Below are positions 1 to 9,523 of a DNA stretch of 32,000 nucleotides, piece by piece. The notes beneath the pieces are model-generated. The model was given only the letters and a program-made list of their open reading frames with translations, was not told the origin of the DNA and did not search any database. The DNA is from Acaryochloris thomasi RCC1774 (GTDB lineage: Bacteria; Cyanobacteriota; Cyanobacteriia; Thermosynechococcales; Thermosynechococcaceae): assembly GCF_003231495.1 (NCBI RefSeq), contig NZ_PQWO01000002.1:210001-242000 (forward strand), read 5' to 3'. A program made the position numbers and the translations under genes. Position 1 is the first letter of the stretch; every line of letters begins with the position of its first letter.

Positions 1-170
1 TGCAGAGGTCTGGCCGGTTAAGGGGGTGGTGTCGGAATTGAAGGTTGAACGTGCGCCCGATATTGAACCCTGAATGGCCGACATTGAGAGGATGGCGTAG
101 AAGTGCATCCTTGACTTTTGCAGGTGCGTTCGCTCATTCCATATTTAAATATTTATCCCCGACAATCAAT

Positions 171-1703
171 ATGTTGAGACCTCAAGTGAGTCACCCTCTA
201 TTCCGCTACCGTTACTGGGCTATCGCATTTTTGACGCTGCTGCTTTGTTGTCTCGGCACGCTAGATGCTGACCGGCTGGCCGCCATTGCTCAAGAGCCGG
301 GATTCGCTCAGCGTTTGCGATCGCTTGAGATCGCTCAACAGACCTATCAGGTTAACTTAAATACGGTTTGGGTCTTGCTGACGGGTGCGCTCGTTTTCTT
401 CATGAACGCGGGATTTGCAATTTTAGAATCTGGACTTTGCCGGAGTAAGAATTCAATTAGTTTGCTGGCCAAGAACCTCATCATATTTTGCTTTTCCACC
501 GTTGCTTTTTGGGCGATTGGCTTTGGCATTATGTTCGGAGACGGCAACGACTGGATTGGGTTGACCGGCTCTTTTTTGCAAAGCCCTGCAGAGAACAGCC
601 CGACGGTCGGCCTCAACTATCGCGGAGCCTTCGATTCCCTTAGCGATGCTCAACTGCCTCTGAGCGCCAAGTTCTTCTTTCAGCTTACCTTTGCTGGCGT
701 TGCAGCCACAATCGTTTCGGGTATTGTGGCGGAGCGGGTCAAGTTTTCGGCCTTTCTCATTTTTGCCTCGTTTCTGGTCAGCTTCTCTTACCCGATCACG
801 GGCCACTGGGTCTGGGGGAACGGCTGGCTCGCCAAGCTAGGATTTTGGGACTTTGCGGGTTCCACGGTTGTTCATGCTGTCGGGGGCTGTGCCGGCTTTG
901 TCGGCACACTGATGTTAGGTCCCCGAGTCGGAAAATACAAAGAGATTTCGCAGGCGGAATTTGATGTCTTGCCCCCTCGGATTAAGATGTTGCCCTGGTT
1001 TCGAGAAGCTGATGAGTCCCTCAAGCAAATTTTGCCAGTACCGGCACAAAACTTAGGGTTTGCCACCTTAGGATGCTTCATTCTCTGGCTGGGTTGGTTT
1101 GGCTTCAATGCGGGTTCAACCCTAGAGGCCAACGGGGGGGCAGTCGCCCATATTGTTGTCAATACAATGATGGCTGGAGCTGCAGGCGGTCTAGGCGCCA
1201 TGCTGACCAGCGCACTTTACCTCTCAAAGCCCAGTCTAGCTTTTATGATTAACGGCATCTTGGGAGGGTGCGTGAGCATTACTGCGGGTTGTGCCTATGT
1301 CGCAATTGAGTTCGCAGCCATTATTGGATTTTGTGGTGGCATTATCACGATCCTAACGATGGTTTGGCTTGACAGGCTCTGTGTTGACGATCCGGTTGGG
1401 GGTATACCGGTTCACCTGTGTGGCGGAGTTTGGGGCACTTTGGCGGTGGGACTTTTTAGTGAGGGGCCTTTGGCCTATCCTGAATACGGTATTACGGAAG
1501 GGCCAGGGCTGGGATTATTACTGGGGGGTGGATTTGCGTCCTTCGGTGCTCAGTGTCTGGGTGTTGTGGCCATCTGCGGATTTACTCTGTTATCTAGCTG
1601 GATTGCCTGGAGCCTAGTGGCTAAGCTGCTCAATAATACGCTCCGGGTCTCAATGACTCAGGAACTGAAGGGGCTAGATGATGCCTTTGATGATCCGCTC
1701 TAG
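171..1703 (+). CDS. amt: Ammonium transporter, Amt/MEP family
   Basis: The translation carries Amt hallmarks: AGFAILESGLCRSKN, FAGSTVVHAVGG, ILWLGWFGFNAGS, DDPVGGIPVHLCGGVWGTL. It is polytopic. The ORF-track start at 45 is TTG. The first in-frame ATG at 171 gives MLRPQVSHP followed by a hydrophobic signal-like segment, so 171 is preferred. The stop is fixed at 1701-1703. Confidence 0.9.
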   Translation: MLRPQVSHPLFRYRYWAIAFLTLLLCCLGTLDADRLAAIAQEPGFAQRLRSLEIAQQTYQVNLNTVWVLLTGALVFFMNAGFAILESGLCRSKNSISLLAKNLIIFCFSTVAFWAIGFGIMFGDGNDWIGLTGSFLQSPAENSPTVGLNYRGAFDSLSDAQLPLSAKFFFQLTFAGVAATIVSGIVAERVKFSAFLIFASFLVSFSYPITGHWVWGNGWLAKLGFWDFAGSTVVHAVGGCAGFVGTLMLGPRVGKYKEISQAEFDVLPPRIKMLPWFREADESLKQILPVPAQNLGFATLGCFILWLGWFGFNAGSTLEANGGAVAHIVVNTMMAGAAGGLGAMLTSALYLSKPSLAFMINGILGGCVSITAGCAYVAIEFAAIIGFCGGIITILTMVWLDRLCVDDPVGGIPVHLCGGVWGTLAVGLFSEGPLAYPEYGITEGPGLGLLLGGGFASFGAQCLGVVAICGFTLLSSWIAWSLVAKLLNNTLRVSMTQELKGLDDAFDDPL

Positions 1704-2122
1704 AGTGTTTGGCCGGCGCTAGATTCGGTCGATAGAGTAATGTTGAGCCGCTCAGCATGGCCCCAAAATGCCTCGAGGTCATAATAGTCTCGCTGCTCTG
1801 GCATCAGAATGTGGGCAATGACATCGCCGTAGTCCAGCACAATCCAGGTGGCCTCTGACTGGCCTTCTTTGCGTAGGGGTTGGCGCTGACACTGCTCTTC
1901 TGCTGCATGCCCCATGGCGGTTGCGATCGCACGGACCTGTGTCCGCGAGAAGCCAGTCACAATCACAAAGTAATCGGCTAAAAAGGAGACTTCATCCACC
2001 TTCAGAATTTGAATATCTCCGCCTTTGCGATCGTCAGCCGCTTGGGCAATCACCACGGCGAGCAACTGACTGACGTCGGCTGAGGCCTGAATTGACGAAA
2101 CTGAAGGTTGATTCGGTGACAA
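1700..2122 (-). CDS. rsfS: Ribosomal silencing factor RsfS (iojap-like)
   Basis: 140 aa. DYFVIVTGFSRTQVRAIA and WIVLDYGDVIAHILMPEQRDYYDLEAFW are typical RsfS blocks. The TTG start (2120-2122) has AAGGAG 6 nt upstream (2129-2134 on the minus strand). It lies directly downstream of yqeK, a conserved gene pairing. Confidence 0.88.
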   Translation of the reverse strand: MSPNQPSVSSIQASADVSQLLAVVIAQAADDRKGGDIQILKVDEVSFLADYFVIVTGFSRTQVRAIATAMGHAAEEQCQRQPLRKEGQSEATWIVLDYGDVIAHILMPEQRDYYDLEAFWGHAERLNITLSTESSAGQTL

Positions 2123-2205
2123 ATTATGCTCCTTGGCTTTCTTCTTACACTGTAGTCCAGAGTTTAAAATCTGACTGTCAAGATTGGTGACCCGCTAGCC
2201 ATTGG

Positions 2206-2778
2206 CTATTCTGTGGTTTGCTGTAGCGCCCAATTGCGCGTCAGCACCATCTGGGGATGGACAAGCTGTTTGTTCTTGAGTAGTCGTCGCAGTTTGCGAT
2301 CGCAAAGTAATGCTACAGCCCGATGTAAATTGTTCTGGCTCACCTCTCGAATCTCTTTGAGCTTGGGATGGTCGCCTCGTCCTGGCTCAGTGCCGTCGGC
2401 TAGAAAGATCACGCAGCTTAACGGACTCATGTCCGGCGAGCCGAGGGTGTGATTTGCGATCGCATCAAGCACCTCAAGATCTTGAACCCGAAACTGTTCG
2501 CGGGCCACAATTGCTCCCACTGGACCGTGCAGCAAATGGGGATTTTCTTCAACGATCGGATCAAGGCTGAGGGCCTCTGCTCGAGCCATTCTTAGCAGTC
2601 GTGCTGCCTTGAAATATTTTGCTAAATCATGAAGCAGCCCCGCTTGTCCCGCCTTCATTGGATCAAGATCATGCCTTTGTGCCAAGCTCACGGCTGTTTC
2701 CTCGACGCGTAAAATATGATTAACGCGAGGCTTGGGTACGTGATCAGCCAGCCAATTCAGTACAACTGTTCGATTCAT
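2206..2778 (-). CDS. yqeK: HD-domain protein YqeK (bis(5'-nucleosyl)-tetraphosphatase family)
   Basis: 190 aa. It has the HD-domain signature (RVNHILRVEETAVSLA, AGLLHDLAKY, FLADGTEPGR). The ATG start is at 2776-2778. It is adjacent to rsfS. Confidence 0.8.
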   Translation of the reverse strand: MNRTVVLNWLADHVPKPRVNHILRVEETAVSLAQRHDLDPMKAGQAGLLHDLAKYFKAARLLRMARAEALSLDPIVEENPHLLHGPVGAIVAREQFRVQDLEVLDAIANHTLGSPDMSPLSCVIFLADGTEPGRGDHPKLKEIREVSQNNLHRAVALLCDRKLRRLLKNKQLVHPQMVLTRNWALQQTTE

Positions 2779-2964
2779 GTCATCCTCTTCGTTATCGCCC
2801 GCTCACTTCCTCGCGGCCCATTTCATTAAACGTTGAATACGGGTGTTGGGAGAGACTTAAAATGCTGCTGAGTCTCATCCCTTTTGATAAAGCTGCCCCA
2901 CTGCCCGTATAAATACTTAGAGATCTGCTACACCAATCTTAGATTTATTAAGAAATTAAGTATT

Positions 2965-2982
2965 TTTACGCATATGCGTAAA
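2965..2982. promoter_or_regulatory. Perfect 18-bp palindrome TTTACGCATATGCGTAAA in a divergent promoter region
   Basis: Read directly: TTTACGCAT is the exact reverse complement of ATGCGTAAA. It lies in the 353-bp AT-rich gap between yqeK (minus) and the PatA-type regulator gene (plus). It is a candidate dimeric-regulator operator. The function is inferred only. Confidence 0.4.
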
Positions 2983-3131
2983 GACTCTAGCTGTCCATCC
3001 TAAGAACATAAGAATAATAGAGAAGGCTCTCTTTCATCATTGTTAATGCTGGGGGACATCCACCCAGAGGTTAGGTTCTCTGACCTCAGAGCATTTTTCT
3101 CTCTATGACGTATTCTCTGAGTCTATAGTCA

Positions 3132-4247
3132 ATGCCTGCTCAACAAAATACACCTTTGGTTTCCCCCGCGAAGGCTTTGCAAAAAGTCATTGCCGAACAG
3201 CGATCGGGTCGCCTGCAGATTCAAGACATTAATGATCCCTCCATCGGCTGGCGCGTTTATTTCGGCGCTGGACAAATTCATTTTGCCGAAAGCACGATGG
3301 GCTGTGGCGATCGTCTGCGGTATATTCTGCGTAAGCACTCACTGGGCTTAGAAGGGCTCCCCACCCCTGCCGACGCGACTTCTGATTATCCGCTTCTATG
3401 TCAGTACTGGCAGGCCCATAATCTGCCCCTCAACAATTTTCGTAAGCTCCTAGCGATCTGTACCCAAGAAGCCCTGATTCAATTCTTGGCGATTGCCCAG
3501 AGCCACATTGCCTTTGAAGCCACTATTGGTCTTGATCCACTGCTGCTGTCGGTGCCGTTTCGGCAATTGATTTTGCCGGTCCGTGATCATATTGGCCAGT
3601 GGGCGCAGATCCGAGCTGATCTCACCTCCCCTTTTCAACGCATTTTTATCCACGACCGTGAGCAGTTTCTTAAATTCGTGTGGCAAGAAGCCGAAAAATG
3701 GCAGCAGCTTCAGGGCATTAGTCACGACCCTGCAGAAGCAACTTGCCTCTATGACCTTGCCCACCAGCTCGGTATCGATGTTCTCGAGCTAGCTGCCGGT
3801 CTCCAGCCCCTCTGTCGCAGCGGCGTACTGGGTGTTCAGCCCTATCAGGTGATTACACAAGAAGCGCAGCCCGTGATTGCCTGCGTTGACGACAGCGCCA
3901 CGATCCAGCAGTTTGTCAAACTCTCCCTAGAGTCGTCTGGGTATGAAGTGCTATCGCTGCAGGACCCCACTGAGGCCATTCCTCACCTAGTTGAGCGTCA
4001 GCCGCTCGTGATTTTAATGGACATTGAGATGCCTAAAATTGACGGCTATGAGCTTTGTCGCATGGTTCGTCAAGTGGATGAACTCAAAGAGGTGCCCGTG
4101 GTCATGCTCACGGGACGCGACGGCATTATTGACCGCGTACGCGCTCGAATGTCCGGCTGCACAGCTTACTTAACCAAGCCTTTCAATCCCCAGGATTTGC
4201 TGGCGCAGGTGCAAAAACTGGCGACTGAGCCTGTGGTTAGCGTCTAG
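3132..4247 (+). CDS. PatA-type response regulator (PATAN/DUF4388-like N-terminal region + C-terminal receiver domain)
   Basis: 371 aa. The C-terminal REC domain shows VIACVDDSATIQ, ILMDIEMPKIDGYEL (phospho-acceptor Asp), VVMLTGRDG and AYLTKPF. The N-terminal ~240 aa (SGRLQIQD...WRVYFGAGQIHFAES) resembles the PATAN region of PatA/PixG/PilG-type regulators. Confidence 0.8.
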   Translation: MPAQQNTPLVSPAKALQKVIAEQRSGRLQIQDINDPSIGWRVYFGAGQIHFAESTMGCGDRLRYILRKHSLGLEGLPTPADATSDYPLLCQYWQAHNLPLNNFRKLLAICTQEALIQFLAIAQSHIAFEATIGLDPLLLSVPFRQLILPVRDHIGQWAQIRADLTSPFQRIFIHDREQFLKFVWQEAEKWQQLQGISHDPAEATCLYDLAHQLGIDVLELAAGLQPLCRSGVLGVQPYQVITQEAQPVIACVDDSATIQQFVKLSLESSGYEVLSLQDPTEAIPHLVERQPLVILMDIEMPKIDGYELCRMVRQVDELKEVPVVMLTGRDGIIDRVRARMSGCTAYLTKPFNPQDLLAQVQKLATEPVVSV

Positions 4248-4288
4248 TTTCTCTGTTTGTTCAGAGACTCGATGGGTGGTCTTCAGAT

Positions 4289-5803
4289 TTAGGGGCGCGC
4301 TGGTGCAATGTCGCGCATTGTTCCCTCATCATTGGGCTCATCGGCTTGATCACTCAGCAGTGCGGTGCCAGAAACTCGGCTGGGGCTGAAGTCCTCCGCC
4401 GAAGATAACTGCGGATACTGCTTCCCGGTATACCGCAGCATTTGGTATTTCGAATTACCCGATGCATCCACATCAGTAAAGACGAGATCGCTCCAGCCCC
4501 AGGTTTTGCTATCGTTCACAATCACTGGGGGAGCTACCAGTGATTGCTTTGTCAGCAATCTGTAGCTTGAGGGCTGGGTCTCAAAAATCAGGAGTGGGCA
4601 GCGCTGCCCCTCGCAGAAAGAAGAGTTCTCCAGATAGGCAAATATCTCGTCTTTGCCGTCGCTGTTGAGGTCGGCACGATTATAGACATACCGAAAGGTT
4701 TGAGAGGTTTGCTCTTGTTCAGAAAACTGGGCTAGAATCGCTTGCTCCAGCGCTTGATCAGGGGTCGTCTCGGGCGCAATGTTTTTAACGACGCCTGTTG
4801 CTGCGGCTGCTGTCGGATCTGTGTTGCGCCGGACTCGGCGCTCTGTTGGGCCAAAGTAAAGCTGTCCCTGACTCACGAGCTGCCCGTTCAATAGGGGACC
4901 ATTATCAGAGAGTTGGCAAGCGGCGCTGCCTGATGCCCGCGTTTGACAGACCATCTGTAGCTGGTAAGAAGTTGGTTCTACGCGACCGTAGTTGTAGGTT
5001 GCTAGCAGATACTTGTATCCACTTTTACCTACGTACAGCCTGGACTGGTCGTCGATGGCCCATTGATAGCCATCTAGATTTAGGCTGCGGCCACTGGCCT
5101 GTGTTAACTGCAATATGCCGATTTGTGCGCCTTGGGCGAGTGTTGCTTTGCGATCCGTTGTGGTGTCAGGTTCGCGTACGTTGATGTCAAAGGCGATTCT
5201 GTTTTCAGTGTTGGTGTCGGCATCAAAGCTGAGGGTCCAGCCTGCCGTCGGCTGAGCTGCAAAGCGCGGTTCTGCTTTGGCTGCTGGGGCGAGGGCTGGA
5301 GATGCCGAAGGGGCTAGGACTGATTCCTGTACGAGGGTTTGACCGTTTTGGGTAATCCGTAACTCTTGGTCGTTAATACTGTAGATTCCTGCCTCAGTAA
5401 TGGCGCTGTAGCCGCGACCGTTTCGATAGGCCGGTAGGGTGATGTCATTGATGACCTGGTTCGTGCCGGGTTTGGGAATGCCGTGATAGTAAGGGTCGCC
5501 CTCTGCCGTGCGACAAATGGCAACTGCATGATTTTGGGTTTCATACCAAGCCACCTGAATGGTGGGCTCACCAATCGTAGCTTCTGCTTTGTCAGGGCAG
5601 TTTGCCTCTCCCTTCGCATCCGTTCTCTGTTGGGCAACAATCGGGTTCGCTGCTGGCCTCTGAGCTTTTAAGTCCTGCCGGGGGAGGGCTGTGTCTGGGC
5701 CGCTGGGCGGTGTCTCTGTGGCGATGGCCCCTCCGGCAGATAAAAGCAGTAACGATAGGGTTACCTGTGTGTTGCGCCGCCATTTTGAAGAGAGTCTTGC
5801 CAT
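4289..5803 (-). CDS. Secreted hypothetical protein with a C-terminal FG-GAP/calcium-loop-like motif
   Basis: 504 aa. The N-terminal basic plus hydrophobic segment (MARLSSKWRRNTQVTLSLLLLSAGGAIA) looks like a signal peptide. Pro/Ala-rich linkers are present. DLNSDGKDEIF near the C-terminus resembles a DxNxDGxxD calcium-binding loop. I recognise no family with confidence. Confidence 0.6.
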   Translation of the reverse strand: MARLSSKWRRNTQVTLSLLLLSAGGAIATETPPSGPDTALPRQDLKAQRPAANPIVAQQRTDAKGEANCPDKAEATIGEPTIQVAWYETQNHAVAICRTAEGDPYYHGIPKPGTNQVINDITLPAYRNGRGYSAITEAGIYSINDQELRITQNGQTLVQESVLAPSASPALAPAAKAEPRFAAQPTAGWTLSFDADTNTENRIAFDINVREPDTTTDRKATLAQGAQIGILQLTQASGRSLNLDGYQWAIDDQSRLYVGKSGYKYLLATYNYGRVEPTSYQLQMVCQTRASGSAACQLSDNGPLLNGQLVSQGQLYFGPTERRVRRNTDPTAAAATGVVKNIAPETTPDQALEQAILAQFSEQEQTSQTFRYVYNRADLNSDGKDEIFAYLENSSFCEGQRCPLLIFETQPSSYRLLTKQSLVAPPVIVNDSKTWGWSDLVFTDVDASGNSKYQMLRYTGKQYPQLSSAEDFSPSRVSGTALLSDQADEPNDEGTMRDIAPARP

Positions 5804-6100
5804 ATCGTCACCTTGAACCTGATGTACGGGTTGCTCCTGCTGAGCCGATGCCTCAGTGTACTGCCCTAAGTTAAAGCACGTGCACCTTAGAATATAGCGG
5901 TACGCGTATTGATTAGGACATCAACACGGTTGAAAGTCATGTCCGCTGAAGAAAGGCTGTCCTAACTCAGCCGAGTACTGCTATACGAAGCAAATTCGAT
6001 TCAGGCAACCTGACGCAGGCCGGTGAAATAAGTGCCGCAGCGCCGCGCTAGAAAAGTACCTGAATTCGTTAGGCTAGAGAGGGTCTAAATCTAGGTCAAC

Positions 6101-7183
6101 ATGAGACGACGTGAGCTGCTTCAGGGCTTGAGTACCCTTGCCCTGAGCCAAATGGTTTTAGGGTGCCAGTCCGGTAGTCCCAATGCTTTGCAGGTTTATT
6201 TGCTCAGAAATGCACTGCCCCCTCAGCTTTTGCGGCAGGCGCGTCGTGCGATGTCTGATTCGCCCAACCTCAAGGTCAAGGCAGATTTATCCGATCTTTT
6301 TCAGCAGCTAGAGTCTTGGCAACAGCAGGCCGCTTCTGCGTCCCCGCCCCGCCTCGTAAGTCTCGGGGACTATTGGTTGGCTCCCGCCATTCAACAAAAG
6401 TTGATTCAGCCGCTTGATCTAGAGCGAAGCCCTCGCTGGTCTACTCTGCCTTCGCGCTGGCAGGATTTAGTCCGACGCGATCGCAACGGCTCCTTGACTG
6501 ATACTGGTGATCTTTGGGGGGCACCCTACCGTTGGGGCATGACGCTGCTAGCCTACCGTCGTGACAAATTTAAGTTTCTGGGCTGGACACCGACGGACTG
6601 GTCAGATCTATGGCGTCCCGAACTCAAGAACCGATTTAGTCTTCCTGATCAGGCTCGAGAAGTGATTGGTTTGACTCTCAAGACCCTACAGCAGTCCTAT
6701 AACGCTGAAAATCCTGCTGATCTAGAGGCGCTGCTGCCCAAGCTTAAAAGCCTAGATCAGCAGGTAAAGTTCTATGACTCTACTCATTACCTAGAGCCAC
6801 TCATTATGGGCGATGCCTGGGCTGCTGTCGGTTGGTCTGCGGATATTTTGCCGATTTTGAAGCGAGAGCCTGAAATTCGCGTCGTTGCCCCAGCCTCGGG
6901 CACGGCGCTGTGGGCCGATCTGTGGGTGCAGTCCAGTCAAAGTGATTCCGGCGCTATTAATGATTGGGTTGATTTCTGGTGGAAACCAGAGGTTGCTGAG
7001 GCCCTCTCTCAATTTACCGCTGCTCTCTCGCCGCTGCTCCAGGATTTTTCGCTGCCGAAAAGCCAGTTAGCGCCTTTGCTGGTCGATAACGCCATCTTTG
7101 AAAACAGTGAGTTTCTGACGCCACTGTCTGAAGAAACGCGGCGACAGTTTCAAAATCTTTGGCAGCAGATGCGATTACCGTAA
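6101..7183 (+). CDS. Extracellular solute-binding lipoprotein, PotD/PotF-like (polyamine-type ABC substrate-binding protein)
   Basis: 360 aa. The N-terminus MRRRELLQGLSTLALSQMVLGC combines a twin-arginine-like motif with a lipobox Cys. The body (DLWGAPYRWGMTLLAYRRDKF, GDAWAAVGWSADI, GTALWADLW) resembles the spermidine/putrescine-binding family. Confidence 0.7.
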   Translation: MRRRELLQGLSTLALSQMVLGCQSGSPNALQVYLLRNALPPQLLRQARRAMSDSPNLKVKADLSDLFQQLESWQQQAASASPPRLVSLGDYWLAPAIQQKLIQPLDLERSPRWSTLPSRWQDLVRRDRNGSLTDTGDLWGAPYRWGMTLLAYRRDKFKFLGWTPTDWSDLWRPELKNRFSLPDQAREVIGLTLKTLQQSYNAENPADLEALLPKLKSLDQQVKFYDSTHYLEPLIMGDAWAAVGWSADILPILKREPEIRVVAPASGTALWADLWVQSSQSDSGAINDWVDFWWKPEVAEALSQFTAALSPLLQDFSLPKSQLAPLLVDNAIFENSEFLTPLSEETRRQFQNLWQQMRLP

Positions 7184-7209
7184 TTGGGCCGTAGGCCATC
7201 GCAACCTAC

Positions 7210-7776
7210 TTAGAACCCGCTCTGTGTCGCGATGGGACTCAGCCAAAGCTGACAGTCAGATCGGCTGGGGGAACTCGTGAGGGGATATTCAGGAATGGCC
7301 TGACTCTGGAAGTCTAGAGCGCCCTCGACAAAGGTGGGCGGTGTCTTTGCAAGATCGCAGACATAGGCTGCGAGGGTGGTGCCTTGGCGGTTGAGAACGA
7401 CAAGCTGGTGACCGTACTGATTGGCAAAGGTGCCGAAGTGATTGATGACGGCGTATCGTTCGGAGTAGGTATACCGCGACCAGATATCGGAGCGAATGAT
7501 CAAATTGACCTGTTTTTGTCCGGCCGTGTTAGGGGGATAAACCAGCCAGTTGACGACGAGCTTCTGGCCATACTGTCGATCGGTCCACCAAAGGCTAGGG
7601 ACTGTTAAGCCCTGCTGGGAAGGGGTCAAGGCCGTTGCGATAGGCTGCGTCGGACGATCTTGAACAAGCTGCTGAATTTCAGGGGGAGCGGTGCGGAGGA
7701 AAGGTTGCGATCGCAACCCCAACGGCACCCCAAACGACATCACTAGCGTCAGCAGTCCTAACTGAAATTTGCGCAT
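7210..7776 (-). CDS. Secreted hypothetical protein
   Basis: 188 aa with a signal-like N-terminus (MRKFQLGLLTLVMSFGVPLG). It is a long ORF with no competing frame. I recognise no family. Confidence 0.55.
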   Translation of the reverse strand: MRKFQLGLLTLVMSFGVPLGLRSQPFLRTAPPEIQQLVQDRPTQPIATALTPSQQGLTVPSLWWTDRQYGQKLVVNWLVYPPNTAGQKQVNLIIRSDIWSRYTYSERYAVINHFGTFANQYGHQLVVLNRQGTTLAAYVCDLAKTPPTFVEGALDFQSQAIPEYPLTSSPSRSDCQLWLSPIATQSGF

Positions 7777-7930
7777 TGCAGCCTACCCGCCCCATTAACA
7801 ATTTAGTAGTTCTAGTATCAATCGCGCTGATCAAGTACCGTTACATTATTAAACATCGATAGTGAATTGTTGGGTTGTGTTCCCCATGATCTTGGGACGT
7901 TCAGTGTGTGGCAAAGGAGTTGTTTGAGAG

Positions 7931-8323
7931 ATGAATGCGGCGGAGCGAGCCACCAGTCCTGAGACAGCGGCAAAAATTGCTGCGATTGTTAACCTTTTTA
8001 AGCAGCAATTTCCTAAGGTCAAGGCTAACCTAAAACCCTGGACGAGCGATCCCGACACGCAGGAATGGGTTGATCCTGATTCCATAGATATGGGCTTCAA
8101 CTTACCGGCGGGCCATACTTTGATTCAGCTTCGTCTTCAGGAGCATCGTTTACTGGGAATTGAGGCGGCCTGTTTTGGTCCCTTCGGCAGCGAACGCTGG
8201 AAATTTTCCACCATAGGCGACTGGACATTTTTAGGCACAACGCCGCCGCCACCAGGTTTTCAGGAGCAGCTTAAACAGGTGTGTAAAGAGATTTTTGCCC
8301 TCTTCAATCAAGAACAGACGTGA
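7931..8323 (+). CDS. Hypothetical protein
   Basis: 130 aa. AAAGGAG lies a few nt upstream of the ATG at 7931. It is a soluble-looking protein with no recognised family. Confidence 0.55.
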   Translation: MNAAERATSPETAAKIAAIVNLFKQQFPKVKANLKPWTSDPDTQEWVDPDSIDMGFNLPAGHTLIQLRLQEHRLLGIEAACFGPFGSERWKFSTIGDWTFLGTTPPPPGFQEQLKQVCKEIFALFNQEQT

Positions 8324-8422
8324 ACGGCCAGCCAGCCCAGGAGCCTACGCCAATTGAGCAACCCCTGCGCGATCATCCATCTGGTTTAGGATGCTAACGG
8401 TGCGCCAACCGATAAATTAAAC

Positions 8423-9394
8423 ATGATCGATCACAAGCCGCAGGATCATCAGCCTGCAGAGGCTCAAGCAAAATCTAGAATGCCAATGGGACGGCCTGCT
8501 GGGCAGCCTCGATGGTGGCAGCGCATCCCCATGCAGACGCTGACGCCCTATTTATTTCTGTTCCCAGCCCTATTTATTTTGACGCTAGTGGTCTTTTGGC
8601 CCGCTGCTCAAGCCTTCTACTTCAGCTTTACGCGCTACGAAGATTTGAATAAAGCGCCCGAGTGGATTGGCCTCGGTAACTTCCAAAAACTCTGGCAAGA
8701 TGAAATCTTCTGGAAGACCCTCGGAAACACAGTTATTTACCTCATCGGCGTTGTCCCCATTTTGGTGATTGTGCCCCTGGGACTGGCGATTCTCGTCAAC
8801 CAGAAACTTAAAGGCGTGACCTGGTTCCGCACCGCCTACTACACCCCCGTTGTGATCTCAATGGTGGTCGCCGGTATCGCCTGGAAGTGGCTCTACGCTG
8901 AAACCGGCCTCCTCAATCAAGCTATCAAGCTGCTGGGCTTTTCTGATACCGGCGTTCGCTGGCTCACGGATCCGAGTCTCGCCATCTTTTGCGTCATGTC
9001 CGTCACCGTCTGGAAGGGCTTGGGCTACTACATGGTGATTTACCTGGCTGGACTGCAGGCTATTCCGGCCGATCTCTACGAAGCTGCAGCCATTGATGGG
9101 TCTGACGGCATTCAAAAGCATTGGGATATTACAATTCCGCTGATGCGACCCTATCTCGCTTTGGTGGGCGTGATCTCAGCGATCTCGGCCACCAAGGTGT
9201 TTGAAGAAGTTTTTGTCATGACCCGAGGGAACCCCCTCAACAGCTCTAAAACGATTGTCTATTATCTTTACGAAAAAGCGTTCACCATCCCAGACTTGGA
9301 ATATAGTTATGGATGCGCCATTGGACTCGTTCTATTCCTGGGTATCTTTGGCCTTTCAATTCTCAATCTTAAGCTTGGACAGTTGCGGGGGTAG
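8423..9394 (+). CDS. ABC transporter permease, MalF/UgpA-like (carbohydrate uptake type)
   Basis: 323 aa with six predicted TM segments. The EAA-loop region is IPADLYEAAAIDGSDGIQKHWDITIPLMRP. The true start may be an internal Met (MPMGRP or MQTLTPY). Confidence 0.8.
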   Translation: MIDHKPQDHQPAEAQAKSRMPMGRPAGQPRWWQRIPMQTLTPYLFLFPALFILTLVVFWPAAQAFYFSFTRYEDLNKAPEWIGLGNFQKLWQDEIFWKTLGNTVIYLIGVVPILVIVPLGLAILVNQKLKGVTWFRTAYYTPVVISMVVAGIAWKWLYAETGLLNQAIKLLGFSDTGVRWLTDPSLAIFCVMSVTVWKGLGYYMVIYLAGLQAIPADLYEAAAIDGSDGIQKHWDITIPLMRPYLALVGVISAISATKVFEEVFVMTRGNPLNSSKTIVYYLYEKAFTIPDLEYSYGCAIGLVLFLGIFGLSILNLKLGQLRG

Positions 9395-9523
9395 CTTCAC
9401 AAACTCTGCATTGCTGGACGCAGGACACAAAACATAATAGAATCCAGCTCGACTACCTGTTGTTTTCACGCCAGTCGGTCGTTTTCTCGTAGACATCACT
9501 TAACTTTGCAAAGGTAGGATCTA

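Noticed and set aside
1-170. Search for an NtcA site (GTA-N8-TAC) upstream of the ammonium transporter
   Set aside because: No match is present in the 170 bp available. GTAGAAGTGCATCC fails the TAC half. The promoter may lie left of the window edge.
347-1617. Track ORFs inside or antisense to the ammonium transporter gene (347-616, 453-806 and 872-1201 on minus; 1369-1617 on plus)
   Set aside because: They lie entirely within a long gene of confident identity. Their translations are low-complexity or Arg/Pro-rich shadow frames with no recognisable motifs.
4365-5874. Multiple ORFs overlapping the 504-aa secreted-protein gene on either strand (for example 4798-5184, 5314-5640, 5602-5874)
   Set aside because: All are nested in or overlap the much longer ORF. 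Their translations are Arg/Cys/Gly-rich nonsense-like sequences.
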